This document shows positions 9,016 through 20,175 of a stretch of DNA of 53,550 nucleotides, piece by piece. Numbering within the stretch: the first letter of the stretch is position 1; every line of letters begins with the position of its first letter. The stretch is from an uncultured Clostridium sp. (GTDB taxonomy: Bacteria > Bacillota > Clostridia > Oscillospirales > Acutalibacteraceae): NCBI GenBank assembly GCA_964385235.1, contig CAYLOD010000001.1, positions 12,320-65,869 of the forward strand, written 5' to 3'. Below the pieces are notes generated by a model, which was given only the letters and a program-made list of their open reading frames with translations, ran no database searches and was not told the DNA's origin. The position numbers and the translations under genes are program-made.

Positions 9016-9828
9016 TTAATTTATCGGCAGCAGAACAGGTTCGCGCTTTTCAAAAACTGTGACATAAGAAAAACCGCACCTCTCCGCAAGCCTGTAACCG
9101 ACCTCTATCCCCGATCCTACATCGCCCCAGCGGTGCGCGTCGGAGCCTATCGTGATATATTTGCCGCCAAGCTCCTTAAAGCGTGACACAACCGCCGCAC
9201 CGGGGAGAGTGGTTCCTATATGCTGCCTTAATCCGGACGTATTTATCTCGAGAGCCTTGTCATTTTTGACGAGGACCTTTAATACCTCGTCTATCATCTG
9301 CATATATGTATCATATTTGATTTCTTTTTTCACCTTGCCGTAAATATAGCGCAACGGATATGTGATATGGGCGAGAGAATCAAACCGGTTATCCAATGCG
9401 AGTTCGTAAAGCTGAGTAAAATATCTCTCAAGAAGTTCTTCGACATTTTCATCATTATATTTTAAAAAATAGAAGTCTTTCTCATTCCTGAGATTATGCA
9501 GCGAGCCTATAACAAAATCATAATCGCAAATCGAAAGAACATCATCGGCAGCCAATTTATTTTGTGTGGGCTGCCCGAGCTCTATGCCGGTGTACACCTT
9601 GATCCTCTCGCTGTAAGCTGCCCTCGCCGCTCCGACAGCCGCGACAGACGCCTCGATGTTTTTTCTCATGTTGTTTATAAAGTATTCGTTGCATTCGCAG
9701 TGGTCGGTTACAGTGATACTGTAAAAACCGAGCTTTATCGCCTGCTCGCAAAGCATGACGACAGAATCGCTGCCGTCAAAGGAGTGTTCGCTGTGCGTAT
9801 GACTGTCAGAAAAAAATCGACTGTTCAT
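9016..9828 (-). CDS. PHP-family phosphatase (HisJ histidinol-phosphatase family)
   Basis: DSHTHS, TDH, GIELG, IGSLH, LEINTSG, GSDAH. Confidence 0.85.
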   Translation of the reverse strand: MNSRFFSDSHTHSEHSFDGSDSVVMLCEQAIKLGFYSITVTDHCECNEYFINNMRKNIEASVAAVGAARAAYSERIKVYTGIELGQPTQNKLAADDVLSICDYDFVIGSLHNLRNEKDFYFLKYNDENVEELLERYFTQLYELALDNRFDSLAHITYPLRYIYGKVKKEIKYDTYMQMIDEVLKVLVKNDKALEINTSGLRQHIGTTLPGAAVVSRFKELGGKYITIGSDAHRWGDVGSGIEVGYRLAERCGFSYVTVFEKREPVLLPIN

Positions 9829-10135
9829 TCTCCGAAAATCCCCTCAAAATTTTATATGTTGTTTTCCTATATTATAGCATACAGTTTTTCTAAAATATAC
9901 AGACATAACAACACAAATATCTTTAAATTATCAGCGGAAATTATTTAAGTTCAATGATGTCGAAAAAAGTTATATAAAATATTTGTTTTTCTTATGTTGT
10001 TTTTCACCAAAACATATATTATATATAACAACGCGGCAGACCTCCTATTGAATATTCTTTTGTTAAAAAAAGTCTTGACAAGCAGGCCGCTATATTAGAT
10101 AATCAAGTATGAAAAAAGACAGGAGGAATAAAGCT

Positions 10136-10405
10136 ATGCGTGCTGTAATCACCGTTATCGGACAGGATAATGTCGGTATACTCGCGAAGGTATCAAACGT
10201 ATGCGCCGAGTCAGGCGCGAATATAATCGAGGTGACGCAAAGCGTTCTGCAGGGAATGTTCGCCATGATAATGTTTATTGATATAGATAAGCTCACCGCC
10301 CCCTATTCGGAACTTGCGGACAGGCTCGTAGCTCTCGGGGACAGTCTCGGACTCAAAGTTCATGTCATGCACGAGGATATTTTCAACGCTATGCACCGCG
10401 TTTGA
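10136..10405 (+). CDS. ACT-domain protein (UPF0237)
   Basis: [15 protein letters not shown]...[10 protein letters not shown]; AGGAGG RBS before ATG 10136. Confidence 0.9.
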   Translation: MRAVITVIGQDNVGILAKVSNVCAESGANIIEVTQSVLQGMFAMIMFIDIDKLTAPYSELADRLVALGDSLGLKVHVMHEDIFNAMHRV

Positions 10406-10443
10406 ACAAGAGCATATTATTGAAGGGACTGATAATATCAAAG

Positions 10444-11802
10444 ATGATAAACTCACATGATATACTCGAAACTATCAATATGATAGATAACGAAAACCTC
10501 GACGTCCGCACGATAACAATGGGTATCTCGCTGCTCGACTGCATCGACTCCGATATAGACAAGGCATGTGAAAAAATATATGACAAAATTTGCAGATACG
10601 CAAAGGATCTTGTCAAGACAGGAGAGGAGATAAGCAGGGATTTCGGTATCCCCATAATTCACAAAAGGATAGCCGTCACCCCCATAGCTATCGCCGCCGC
10701 CGCATGCCCGGCAAAAAGCCCCATAAAATTCGCGAAGGCTCTCGACAAAGCCTCAAAGGCCGTAGGCGTAAACTTTGTGGGCGGATATTCATCTCTGGTG
10801 CATAAGGGCTTCGCTCCCGGCGATTATGCTCTTATCGAGAGCATACCCGAAGCCCTCGCGTCCACGGATAACGTCTGCTCCTCCGTAAACATCGGCAGCA
10901 CAAGGGCGGGCATAAACATGGACGCCGTCGCAAAGATGGGGCGTATAATCAAGCGGACAGCCGAGAAAACTAAGGATAAGGACTGCATAGGCGCGGCAAA
11001 GCTCGTCGTATTCTGCAACGCCCCGGAGGATAATCCGTTTATGGCCGGCGCTTTCCACGGCACGGGAGAAGCCGACTGCGTTATAAACGTAGGCGTTTCG
11101 GGTCCCGGCGTTGTACGCGCCGCTCTCGCCAAGGCGGGCGACTGCAACATAACAGAGGTCGCCGACATAGTAAAGCGCACCGCGTTCAAGATAACACGCG
11201 CGGGACAGCTTGTCGCGAGGGAGGCGTCAAAAAGGCTCTGCGTACCCTTTGGCATTGTCGATCTTTCTCTCGCGCCGACGCCCGCCGTGGGAGATTCTGT
11301 CGCGTATATTCTTGAGGAAATGGGGCTTGAGCAGTGCGGAGCGCATGGCACGACAGCCTGTCTTGCTTTGCTCAATGACGCCGTAAAGAAAGGCGGAGCT
11401 ATGGCTTCCTCACACGTCGGCGGACTTTCGGGAGCATTCATACCCGTTACCGAGGACGCGGGAATGATAGAGGCGGCAAGGAGCGGAACTCTTTCTGTCG
11501 TTAAGCTGGAGGCTATGACAGCGGTATGCTCCGTGGGACTTGATATGATAATCATACCCGGAGATACAGATCCCGATATTATATCCGGTATTATAGCCGA
11601 CGAGGCCGCCATAGGCATGGTAAACTCAAAGACAACCGCTGTAAGGCTTATTCCCGCGATAGGAAAGAATGTCGGAGATGAGCTCAGTTTCGGCGGTCTC
11701 CTCGGCGGGGGTCCCGTCATGGAGGTCAACACTAAATCCCCGTCGAGGCTGATAGCGCGCGGAGGAAGGATACCCGCTCCGCTGCAGAGTCTTAAAAACT
11801 AA
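10444..11802 (+). CDS. UPF0210/DUF711 (PFL-like) family protein
   Basis: [35 protein letters not shown]; usual partner of UPF0237. Confidence 0.92.
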   Translation: MINSHDILETINMIDNENLDVRTITMGISLLDCIDSDIDKACEKIYDKICRYAKDLVKTGEEISRDFGIPIIHKRIAVTPIAIAAAACPAKSPIKFAKALDKASKAVGVNFVGGYSSLVHKGFAPGDYALIESIPEALASTDNVCSSVNIGSTRAGINMDAVAKMGRIIKRTAEKTKDKDCIGAAKLVVFCNAPEDNPFMAGAFHGTGEADCVINVGVSGPGVVRAALAKAGDCNITEVADIVKRTAFKITRAGQLVAREASKRLCVPFGIVDLSLAPTPAVGDSVAYILEEMGLEQCGAHGTTACLALLNDAVKKGGAMASSHVGGLSGAFIPVTEDAGMIEAARSGTLSVVKLEAMTAVCSVGLDMIIIPGDTDPDIISGIIADEAAIGMVNSKTTAVRLIPAIGKNVGDELSFGGLLGGGPVMEVNTKSPSRLIARGGRIPAPLQSLKN

Positions 11803-11889
11803 TCGAGATTTTATATATCTTTAGCATAGCTTAACAAAATTTAAACAATTTATTTATATATTGTTGAGCCAAATTGTCGAAAATTCAGC

Positions 11890-11918
11890 TTGAAATCACT
11901 GACAATTTGTGATATTAT
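11890..11918 (+). promoter_or_regulatory. Sigma-A promoter of the V/A-type ATPase operon
   Basis: TTGAAA-17 nt-TATTAT with extended TG. Confidence 0.65.
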
Positions 11919-11934
11919 TTAGCAGAGCACAGGG

Positions 11935-11989
11935 AGGTGTGGAGTTAACAAGCTGTTGTGTGGTTGTTACTCCGCACCTGTTTATTTTT
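11935..11989 (+). terminator. Terminator-like hairpin in the ATPase operon leader
   Basis: AGGTGTGGAGT/ACTCCGCACCT stem extended by AACAA/TTGTT, followed by GTTTATTTTT. Confidence 0.6.
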
Positions 11990-12007
11990 ACGGAGGTGTC
12001 AAAGATA

Positions 12008-12319
12008 ATGAATGATATAATCTCAAAAATAGTCGAGATGGACGAAAAAGCCCGCGATCTGAACTACGAGATACTCGAAAGCAAGCTCGACCATGAGAAG
12101 GAGGTCGTTGCCGCAAAGGAAAACATTATTAACGACTATCTTGAACGAGCGAAAAAACATATAAAGCTCAATGCGCAGTCAGAGCGTGAAGCGGCTGAAA
12201 AGACACTTGCCGAAACTCGTGCGGCTCACGCGAAAATCGAAAAAAAGCTCGATGAGATTTTCGCCGCCAACTGCGACCGCTGGGTCGATGAAATATTCAA
12301 CAGAGTAATATCGGGGTGA
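12008..12319 (+). CDS. V/A-type ATPase peripheral stalk subunit G/H
   Basis: Charged helical 103 aa protein, first gene of the operon, GGAGGTG RBS. Confidence 0.75.
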   Translation: MNDIISKIVEMDEKARDLNYEILESKLDHEKEVVAAKENIINDYLERAKKHIKLNAQSEREAAEKTLAETRAAHAKIEKKLDEIFAANCDRWVDEIFNRVISG

Positions 12320-12323
12320 TTTT

Positions 12324-13361
12324 ATGCTTTCCTCTATGTCGTCAAACGCAATCCTTGCCAAGGCGAGGACTATGTACGGAAGAAGACTTACCGATAAGGA
12401 TTATGAGGAACTGCTCGCCTGCAAGACTGTGACCGAGGTCGCCGCTTATCTTAAAAATCAGACGGTTTATTCCGAGATACTCGCCGGATTAAACGAAAAC
12501 GAGGTTCACCGCGGTCAGCTTGAATCACTGCTGAGAAAAAAAATCTTCTACGAAAGAGCATCTCTCGCGAGATTTGATATGAACTCCGAGCAGTTTCTGA
12601 CACGGTTTTTCATTAATCGTCTTGAAATAGAACAGATCATGAGATGTATCACGCTTATGAGCATCGGGAGAGCGTCCGAATACGCCTATGAGATGCCTGT
12701 TTTCTTTGAAAAATACACCAAGCTCCGACTAAAGCGGTTTTCGGAAGTAAGTAATTTTGAGGAGCTGTGCGATGTTATAGACAACACGAGGTATTCTAAA
12801 ATCGTCAGGAAGTTTATCCCCCGCGACGGTGAACCGCTTGACATTCCCAAAATCGAGAACGCTCTCTATATATACAACTATGAGCTTTTATACGATGCCG
12901 TCAATAATCACACCAAGGGCAGCGAACAAAAAGAGCTTTTAAATCTTATAAATGCGTTTGTTGATTTCAGGAACTTTGTCAGAATTTCAAGACTGAGGTT
13001 TTCATACAATGCTTCAGAGGAATATACACGAGGTTTGCTGCTGCCCTTCGGAAAATTGAAAAAGGCTCAAATCGATTCAATGCTTCAGGCAGCCGACAAA
13101 AACGAGCTTTTCAAAATCCTCGAATCGACCTATATAGGAAAGACACTGACTAAAACCGAATATTCATCGCAGGTACAGCTCGGTTCCGCTCTGAAAGCTG
13201 TCTACAGCAAGCGCACTATAAGACTTTCGGTCAACGCCTCGGTAGTCATGATGTCCTATATAACGCTTGCGGAAATAGAATTTTCAAATATAATAAATCT
13301 CATTGAGGGCGCCCGATACGGACTGTCCGAGGATGAGAAAGCAAGACTTCTCGTAAGATGA
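12324..13361 (+). CDS. ntpC: V/A-type ATPase subunit C (d)
   Basis: AKARTMYGRRL N-terminus and NIINLIEGARY C-terminus; operon position. Confidence 0.85.
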   Translation: MLSSMSSNAILAKARTMYGRRLTDKDYEELLACKTVTEVAAYLKNQTVYSEILAGLNENEVHRGQLESLLRKKIFYERASLARFDMNSEQFLTRFFINRLEIEQIMRCITLMSIGRASEYAYEMPVFFEKYTKLRLKRFSEVSNFEELCDVIDNTRYSKIVRKFIPRDGEPLDIPKIENALYIYNYELLYDAVNNHTKGSEQKELLNLINAFVDFRNFVRISRLRFSYNASEEYTRGLLLPFGKLKKAQIDSMLQAADKNELFKILESTYIGKTLTKTEYSSQVQLGSALKAVYSKRTIRLSVNASVVMMSYITLAEIEFSNIINLIEGARYGLSEDEKARLLVR

Positions 13362-13375
13362 AATGAGGTGATTAT

Positions 13376-15307
13376 GTGTCAGTAATTCCTGTTAAATCAA
13401 TAAGTATTATCGGACTTAAATCGGAACTCGAAAAGGTTATATGCTATTGCGGCGAGTCGGGAATATTTCACCCGGACGACGCGATGACATTCTACGAAAA
13501 CACCGACAGCTTTGTTCCGATTAATGAAAGAAACCCATATCAGGAACCGCTTTCAGAGCTTGTTTCCTCCGCGCAGGCGGCGGGGATTGAACTGAAGTTC
13601 AAAAAGGTCAATCGATTCACGGTAAATGAAAGCGGAATACTGAAATATGTTAAGTTTTTTTCCTCAAAGCTCGACAGATTTACAGCCGAAAAACTCAAAA
13701 TAAAATCCGAGCTTGACGAGTGCCTGAGAAGTCAGGAGGAGCTTAACCACTTTATAGGCAGCAATTTCGATATGGATAAGCTTTTCTCATGCCGGTACAT
13801 TAACGTCAATTTCGGACGTATACCAAAGGAAAGCTATGAAAGACTGAGAGAACTGAACAGTAACCCGTATGTATTGTTCTTCCCCTGCTCAAGCGACCAG
13901 ACCTACTATTGGGGAGTGTACTTCTCGCCTCTCGGCAGCGAGGACGAAATTGACAGAATCTTCGCGAACCTTTATTTTGAGCGTCTTAAACTCCCGCCGG
14001 ATATTACCGACCCGGACAAATACATCGAGCACTTGAAAACGAAGGAAATAACTCTCCGGCAGCGTATGACAAAAATCGAGCAGCAGATTTCGATTTTCTG
14101 GGAGGCTGAGGAGGACAAGTGCATGATGTACTACAGCAAGCTCAAGGAATTGAATATCTACTATACGATAAAGCGATATGTTTATCAGTACAACAAAAAC
14201 TTCATACTCGTAGGCTGGATACCCGCCGAGTGCGAGAAAACGTTTACAGAGGGACTTGATAAAATATCGAGTATAGAATATCAGCTCAGCGACGGCAAAG
14301 ACGAGATCAGGCATTCTCCGCCCGTCATACTTAAAAATCCGTCATTCGCGAAACGCTACGAATATTACGTCAGGATGTTCGGGCTACCGAATTACAATGA
14401 GATGGACCCGACGATGCTCGTCGCCATAACCTATACTTTATTTTTCGGAATAATGTTCGGGGATTTCGGACAAGGTATCCTGCTCTCGATAGTAGGCGGT
14501 CTGATGTGGAAGCTGAAAAAAATGGAAATAGGCAAGATACTGGTACCCTGCGGAATATCCTCCGCGGTATTCGGGCTTATTTACGGCTCGTGCTTTGGGT
14601 TTGAGCAGGCCTTTAACCCGATATACAAGATGCTGTTCGGTTTGGACGAAAAGCCCGTTGACGTCATGTCGCCCGCTACCTCAAACATGATAGTTTATGC
14701 TTCCGTGGGAATAGGCGCTGTGTCGATTATGATCGTAATGCTTATGAATATATTCTCATCGCTCAAGCGGCATGATTATGAAAACGGGATATTCGGACCG
14801 AACGGTATCGCGGGATTTATATTCTATACTTCGCTTGTCGTCGGGCTTGTTTGTCAGATGGTTCTCGGTATTCAGCTGATGAACGCCATATACGTTACGG
14901 CCCTGATAATAATACCGCTCATTCTCATATTTTTGCGCGAGCCTCTCGGCAAGCTCGTTTCGGGCAATAAAAACTGGCGGCCTAAAAAATGGGGCGAATA
15001 TTGCGTACAAAACTTTTTCGAGCTTTTTGAAACGTGCCTGAGCTACGTCACAAACACAATGTCGTTTCTGCGTATAGGCGCATACGTTCTGGTTCACGCC
15101 GGCATGATGCTCGTTGTGTTTACGCTTGCGAATATGTCGGGCAACACGGTTATGTATGTGGTAGTAATCGCGGTCGGAAACGCCATTGTTATGGCTCTCG
15201 AGGCTCTCCTCGTCGCGATACAGGTTTTAAGGCTTGAGTATTACGAACTGTTCAGCCGATTCTATGTCGGTCAGGGCAGAGAGTTCAAGCCCGTAAGGCT
15301 CGAATAA
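13376..15307 (+). CDS. ntpI: V/A-type ATPase subunit I (a)
   Basis: FGIMFGDFGQG, NTMSFLRIGA, QVLRLEYYELFSRFY. Confidence 0.93.
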   Translation: MSVIPVKSISIIGLKSELEKVICYCGESGIFHPDDAMTFYENTDSFVPINERNPYQEPLSELVSSAQAAGIELKFKKVNRFTVNESGILKYVKFFSSKLDRFTAEKLKIKSELDECLRSQEELNHFIGSNFDMDKLFSCRYINVNFGRIPKESYERLRELNSNPYVLFFPCSSDQTYYWGVYFSPLGSEDEIDRIFANLYFERLKLPPDITDPDKYIEHLKTKEITLRQRMTKIEQQISIFWEAEEDKCMMYYSKLKELNIYYTIKRYVYQYNKNFILVGWIPAECEKTFTEGLDKISSIEYQLSDGKDEIRHSPPVILKNPSFAKRYEYYVRMFGLPNYNEMDPTMLVAITYTLFFGIMFGDFGQGILLSIVGGLMWKLKKMEIGKILVPCGISSAVFGLIYGSCFGFEQAFNPIYKMLFGLDEKPVDVMSPATSNMIVYASVGIGAVSIMIVMLMNIFSSLKRHDYENGIFGPNGIAGFIFYTSLVVGLVCQMVLGIQLMNAIYVTALIIIPLILIFLREPLGKLVSGNKNWRPKKWGEYCVQNFFELFETCLSYVTNTMSFLRIGAYVLVHAGMMLVVFTLANMSGNTVMYVVVIAVGNAIVMALEALLVAIQVLRLEYYELFSRFYVGQGREFKPVRLE

Positions 15308-15401
15308 AACAGAAAATGATTTTATGCGGCTCTCCCGTATGAAATTATTATAATAATTAAAAGTAATTAAATAATTAAAAAATTTGTGGAGGAATTGAAT
15401 C

Positions 15402-15827
15402 ATGGAAATTATGGAATTAGTATTGCTCGCGGTGCCCGTTGTATTTTTGGTCGGCTCTGTCGCCCTTGCCTATAAGGCTGTCAAGTGCGGAGCAAAGCGT
15501 AAAACAGCCGTTTACACTCAAATTGCCTCATTCTGCATTGTCGGACTCGCCTGTGTAATTTTCCCGATGACCGTAAACGCCGCCGACCCGGCGACAACGG
15601 CTATGGATCCCATGGCAAGCGGTCTAGGTATGCTTGCTGCCGCTCTCGCTACCGGTATAACAGGTATAGGTGGCGGTATTGCCGTTGCAGGCGCGGCTCC
15701 CGCCGCTATCGGCGCGACAAGTGAGGATCCCAAGGCATTCGGTAAGTCGCTTATCTTCGTCGCTCTCGGTGAAGGCGTTGCGCTTTACGGGCTTCTGGTA
15801 TCTATCCTCATTCTCAACAAGTTCTGA
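15402..15827 (+). CDS. ntpK: V/A-type ATPase subunit K (c proteolipid)
   Basis: Gly/Ala-rich hairpin with FVALGEGVALYG carboxylate; N-terminal hydrophobic extension. Confidence 0.9.
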   Translation: MEIMELVLLAVPVVFLVGSVALAYKAVKCGAKRKTAVYTQIASFCIVGLACVIFPMTVNAADPATTAMDPMASGLGMLAAALATGITGIGGGIAVAGAAPAAIGATSEDPKAFGKSLIFVALGEGVALYGLLVSILILNKF

Positions 15828-15867
15828 TATATTTTAGATAATTTACATATTAAGGTCAGGTGAGCTT

Positions 15868-16176
15868 ATGCGCTTTTATTTAATCAGCGATAATGTTGAT
15901 ACGGCAATGGGTATGCGCCTTGCGGGAATCGACGGAGTTGTCGTGCACGAGGACGGCGAGGTCCGCGACGCTCTGACAAAGGCGATGGAATATGATGACG
16001 TAGCGATCATTCTTATGACGGAACGCCTCGTTTCCCTTTGTCCCGACCTTGTTTATAACCTGAAGCTGAACCGCCGTCAGCCGCTTATTGTCGAAATTCC
16101 CGACAGACACGGCAACGGACGTGCTAAGGACAGTATTACTAAATACGTCCGCGAAGCGATAGGCGTCAAGATATAA
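15868..16176 (+). CDS. ntpF: V/A-type ATPase subunit F
   Basis: DTAMGMRLAGI, PLIVEIPD, VREAIGVKI. Confidence 0.92.
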   Translation: MRFYLISDNVDTAMGMRLAGIDGVVVHEDGEVRDALTKAMEYDDVAIILMTERLVSLCPDLVYNLKLNRRQPLIVEIPDRHGNGRAKDSITKYVREAIGVKI

Positions 16177-16196
16177 TTCGCTTTGGAGGTGACATC

Positions 16197-16850
16197 ATGC
16201 CGGAAATACTGAGCAATGCAGATAGTTTTTTAAGGGCTATTGAAAAATATGCCGAAGAACAAAGAAATCAGCTTAAATCTGAATTTGAAGCATATAAAAA
16301 AGAGGAGATCGAGAAAGCGAAGGACGAGGGTCTGCGCGAAGCATATTCCCTTATTCAGAGAGAAATGTCCGCCATAAAAAAGGAAATCTCCGGCAAGCTT
16401 TCACAAGATGAACTTGAGAGCAGAAGTAAGCTCTTTGAAAAGCGCAAAGATATGGAGGACGAGGTTTTTCAGAAAGCGGCGCAAAGGCTTACAGACTTTA
16501 CTAAGTCCCCTGAATATGAGAAGCTCCTTATCGACAGCGTTAAAAAGATAGCCTTGGCGCTCAAATCCGACGACGTTGTATTTTTTGTCAAGAGCGATGA
16601 CTTGAGATTCGCCGAAAAGATCAAGGCGGCTTACGCATCCGTAATAACCAGTGAGAAAAAGCCCGCGGGTAAGATCAATGCCGCAATTTCTCCTTCATGC
16701 GAGGTCAAATCGTCAAATGATATAAAAATCGGCGGGCTTGCGGGCAGAAGCGCACTTCTCGGACTTATCGCCGACGATACTCTCGACACAAAGCTCGATG
16801 GTCAGCGGGAGTGGTTTTACAAAAATTCAGGTTTAAAGGTCGCTGAATAG
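16197..16850 (+). CDS. ntpE: V/A-type ATPase subunit E
   Basis: Long N-terminal coiled coil, IKIGG and DDTLDTKL C-terminal motifs. Confidence 0.85.
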   Translation: MPEILSNADSFLRAIEKYAEEQRNQLKSEFEAYKKEEIEKAKDEGLREAYSLIQREMSAIKKEISGKLSQDELESRSKLFEKRKDMEDEVFQKAAQRLTDFTKSPEYEKLLIDSVKKIALALKSDDVVFFVKSDDLRFAEKIKAAYASVITSEKKPAGKINAAISPSCEVKSSNDIKIGGLAGRSALLGLIADDTLDTKLDGQREWFYKNSGLKVAE

Positions 16851-16885
16851 GCGCGGCGCTTTAAATCGGCAAATGAGATGAAAGA

Positions 16886-18652
16886 ATGGCAAACAACAAT
16901 GTTATTTACGGGATCAACGGTCCTGTCGTAACCGTTAAGGACACAAGAGCTTTTTCGATGATGGAAATGGTATATGTCAGTGATGAACGCCTTGTCGGTG
17001 AGGTTATCGGCATTACGGACAAACTGACGACCATTCAGGTTTACGAGGAAACCACAGGCTTAAAGCTCGGAGACGCGGTATACGGCACAGGCGAGCCCAT
17101 GAATATTCTCCTCGGTCCCGGTATAATAGACAACATATTTGACGGGATCGAACGTCCTCTTAAGGCTATTGAGGAAAAAACCAACTCATCGTTCATATCG
17201 AGAGGCGTTTCCGTTTCATCACTCGATGAAAATAAATTTTGGGATGTAAAAATCAAGGTCAAGGCGGGCGATTATATTAAATCCGGCGAGATATACGCGA
17301 CCTGCCCCGAAACCGCTATAATAGAGCACAGATGTATGGTTTCTCCAAAGCTGAAGGGCGGCAGGGTAGTAAGTGTTAAACCTGACGGAAAATATAAGCT
17401 TAGGGACGTCATCGCAGTGATTGAAGACGATGACGGTGTAAAGCATGAACTTACCCTATGTCAGGAATGGCCCATAAGAACACCCAGACCGTCAGCCCAA
17501 AGACTCTCCGCGGACGTTCCTCTCATAACCGGACAGAGAGTTATCGATACGCTCTTCCCTATATCAAAGGGCGGCACGGCGGCTATTCCCGGCGGCTTCG
17601 GAACAGGCAAAACCATGACACAGCACCAGCTTGCCAAGTGGTGTGACGCTGATATAATCGTTTACGTCGGCTGCGGTGAACGCGGCAACGAAATGAGTCA
17701 GGTTCTCGAAGAATTTACAGAGCTTGTCGACCCTAAGTCAGGCAGACCTATGACAGACAGAACCGTACTTATAGCAAACACGTCAAATATGCCTGTCGCG
17801 GCTCGTGAGGCTTCTATTTATACAGGCATCACGCTTGCCGAATATTACAGAGATATGGGCTACCATGTTGCAATTATGGCGGACTCGACGTCACGCTGGG
17901 CGGAGGCTCTCCGTGAAATATCGGGACGGCTTGAGGAAATGCCCGCTGAGGAGGGCTATCCCGCATATCTTCCCTCAAGACTGTCGGAATTTTACGAAAG
18001 GGCAGGACGCGTTGAAACGCTCAGCGGCTCTGAGGGTTCAGTCACAATTATCGGAGCTGTTTCCCCTCCGGGCGCGGATTTTTCCGAGCCCGTCACACAG
18101 AATACAAAACGTTTTATCCGCTGCTTCTGGGCGCTTGATAAGTCGCTTGCTTATTCAAGGCATTATCCCGCGATCAACTGGATGACAAGCTACAGCGAAT
18201 ACTTCACAGACCTTGACCCGTGGTTCCGCAAAAATCTCGGTGATGACTTCATAAAATACAGAAGCAAGGTGACAGCGCTGCTTCACGAGGAAAACGAGCT
18301 GATGGAGATCGTTAAGCTGATAGGCTCCGATGTCCTGCCGGACGATCAAAAACTTGTCATAGAGACAGCCAAGGCCATACGCGTCGCTTTCCTGCAGCAG
18401 AACGCTTTTCATAAGGAGGATACATTCGTACCGCTTCAAAAGCAAAAGCTGATGATGAAAACAATACTCCATCTCTATGAGAAGTCTAAGCGTATAATCA
18501 GCGCGCAGATTCCAATATCACAGATACTTGAGCTTCACCTGTTTGAAAAAATCACCAAGATGAAGTACGACATTCCGAATGACAAGCCCGAAATGTTTGA
18601 CGAGCTTAATAAGAGCATTGACGAGGCGCTTTCAACCATAACTGTTATTTGA
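16886..18652 (+). CDS. ntpA: V/A-type ATPase subunit A
   Basis: [41 protein letters not shown]. Confidence 0.97.
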   Translation: MANNNVIYGINGPVVTVKDTRAFSMMEMVYVSDERLVGEVIGITDKLTTIQVYEETTGLKLGDAVYGTGEPMNILLGPGIIDNIFDGIERPLKAIEEKTNSSFISRGVSVSSLDENKFWDVKIKVKAGDYIKSGEIYATCPETAIIEHRCMVSPKLKGGRVVSVKPDGKYKLRDVIAVIEDDDGVKHELTLCQEWPIRTPRPSAQRLSADVPLITGQRVIDTLFPISKGGTAAIPGGFGTGKTMTQHQLAKWCDADIIVYVGCGERGNEMSQVLEEFTELVDPKSGRPMTDRTVLIANTSNMPVAAREASIYTGITLAEYYRDMGYHVAIMADSTSRWAEALREISGRLEEMPAEEGYPAYLPSRLSEFYERAGRVETLSGSEGSVTIIGAVSPPGADFSEPVTQNTKRFIRCFWALDKSLAYSRHYPAINWMTSYSEYFTDLDPWFRKNLGDDFIKYRSKVTALLHEENELMEIVKLIGSDVLPDDQKLVIETAKAIRVAFLQQNAFHKEDTFVPLQKQKLMMKTILHLYEKSKRIISAQIPISQILELHLFEKITKMKYDIPNDKPEMFDELNKSIDEALSTITVI

Positions 18653-18711
18653 GAAAGCGCGTCATGAAACAATTTTCACGGCAATATTACTATAATAAGG
18701 AAGTGAATTGA

Positions 18712-20154
18712 ATGGTTCTCGATTATGTCGGCGTAAAGGAGATAAACGGTTCACTCATCGTTTTGGACGATGTAGAAAACGCTTTCTTTGAAGAAATCGT
18801 TGATATTCGTCTTGACGACGGTACAATTCGACACGGAAGAATAGTTCAGACTCAGGGTAAACGCTGTGTTATTCAGGTTTTCGAGGGAACAAAGGGTATG
18901 TCGCTCGACAATACCCGTACACGTCTGAAAGGGCGTCCGATGGAGATTGCTCTTTCACCGGAAATCATGGGCCGTATATTCAACGGAGCAGGCACACCTA
19001 TTGACGGCCTTGGCGATATATATCCTGATTATATGGCAAACATTAACGGCACACCTATAAACCCCGTTTCAAGAGTTTATCCAAAAAACTATATAAATAC
19101 AGGTATCTCAACTATAGATACGCTCATGACGCTTATACGCGGGCAAAAGCTCCCCATCTTCTCAGGCTCGGGCATGAAGCACAACGAGCTTGCCGTTCAA
19201 ATAGTAAGGCAGGCGCAGATAGCCGGAGAGGACAATAAATTCGGTATCGTCTTCGCGGCTATGGGCGTTAAGAATGACGTCGCGGAATATTTTCGCAGAA
19301 GCTTTGACGAAAGCGGCGTCCTCGGCAGAGTCGTAATGTTCCTCAATCTTGCAAACGACCCGATTATCGAGAGAACGCTTACACCGCGCTGCGCACTCGC
19401 CGCGGCGGAATATCTCGCGTTCGAGCTGGATATGCACATACTCGTTATCATGACAGATATGACCTCATACTGCGAGGCGTTGCGCGAGTTCAGCTCGTCA
19501 AAGGGTGAGATACCGGGCAGAAAGGGTTATCCCGGCTACCTGTACTCCGACCTCGCCTCTCTGTATGAGCGCGCGGGTATGATAAGGGGCAAAAAAGGTT
19601 CTGTCACACAGATACCCATACTTACTATGCCGAATGATGATATTACTCACCCTATACCCGACCTTACGGGCTACATTACCGAGGGGCAGATAGTTCTCAG
19701 CCGTTCTCTCGAGGGCGCGGGTCTTTATCCCCCGGTTTCCGTTCTTCCCTCTCTTTCACGTCTTATGAAGGACGGTATCGGCGAGGGCTATACGAGAGCC
19801 GACCACTCGCCGCTTGCGAACCAGCTCTTCGCCGCATACGCTAAGGTTATGGACGCCCGCTCTCTCGCGTCGGTTATCGGCGAGGAGGAACTTGCTCCAA
19901 CGGATAAAAAATATATTGAGTTCGGCAAGCTCTTTGAGCGCTACTTTGTAAATCAGAGTTTTAACGAAAACAGGACAATAGAACAGAGCCTTGACCTTGG
20001 CTGGATGCTTCTTTCGACCCTGCCGAGAGAGGAACTTGACCGTGTTGACGACGAGATCCTCGACAAATACTACATTGAGGACATTAACTCGATCAGGTTT
20101 GAAACCTTTGGAAAAGATGAGAGTAAAGACGACGGCGACGAGGATATTGCTTAA
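18712..20154 (+). CDS. ntpB: V/A-type ATPase subunit B
   Basis: [41 protein letters not shown]. Confidence 0.97.
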   Translation: MVLDYVGVKEINGSLIVLDDVENAFFEEIVDIRLDDGTIRHGRIVQTQGKRCVIQVFEGTKGMSLDNTRTRLKGRPMEIALSPEIMGRIFNGAGTPIDGLGDIYPDYMANINGTPINPVSRVYPKNYINTGISTIDTLMTLIRGQKLPIFSGSGMKHNELAVQIVRQAQIAGEDNKFGIVFAAMGVKNDVAEYFRRSFDESGVLGRVVMFLNLANDPIIERTLTPRCALAAAEYLAFELDMHILVIMTDMTSYCEALREFSSSKGEIPGRKGYPGYLYSDLASLYERAGMIRGKKGSVTQIPILTMPNDDITHPIPDLTGYITEGQIVLSRSLEGAGLYPPVSVLPSLSRLMKDGIGEGYTRADHSPLANQLFAAYAKVMDARSLASVIGEEELAPTDKKYIEFGKLFERYFVNQSFNENRTIEQSLDLGWMLLSTLPREELDRVDDEILDKYYIEDINSIRFETFGKDESKDDGDEDIA

Positions 20155-20175
20155 AGCTTGTGGAGGTGACGCTAT

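Noticed and set aside
10824-11732. 302-aa minus-strand ORF
   Set aside because: Antisense shadow of the conserved UPF0210 gene; no recognisable motif
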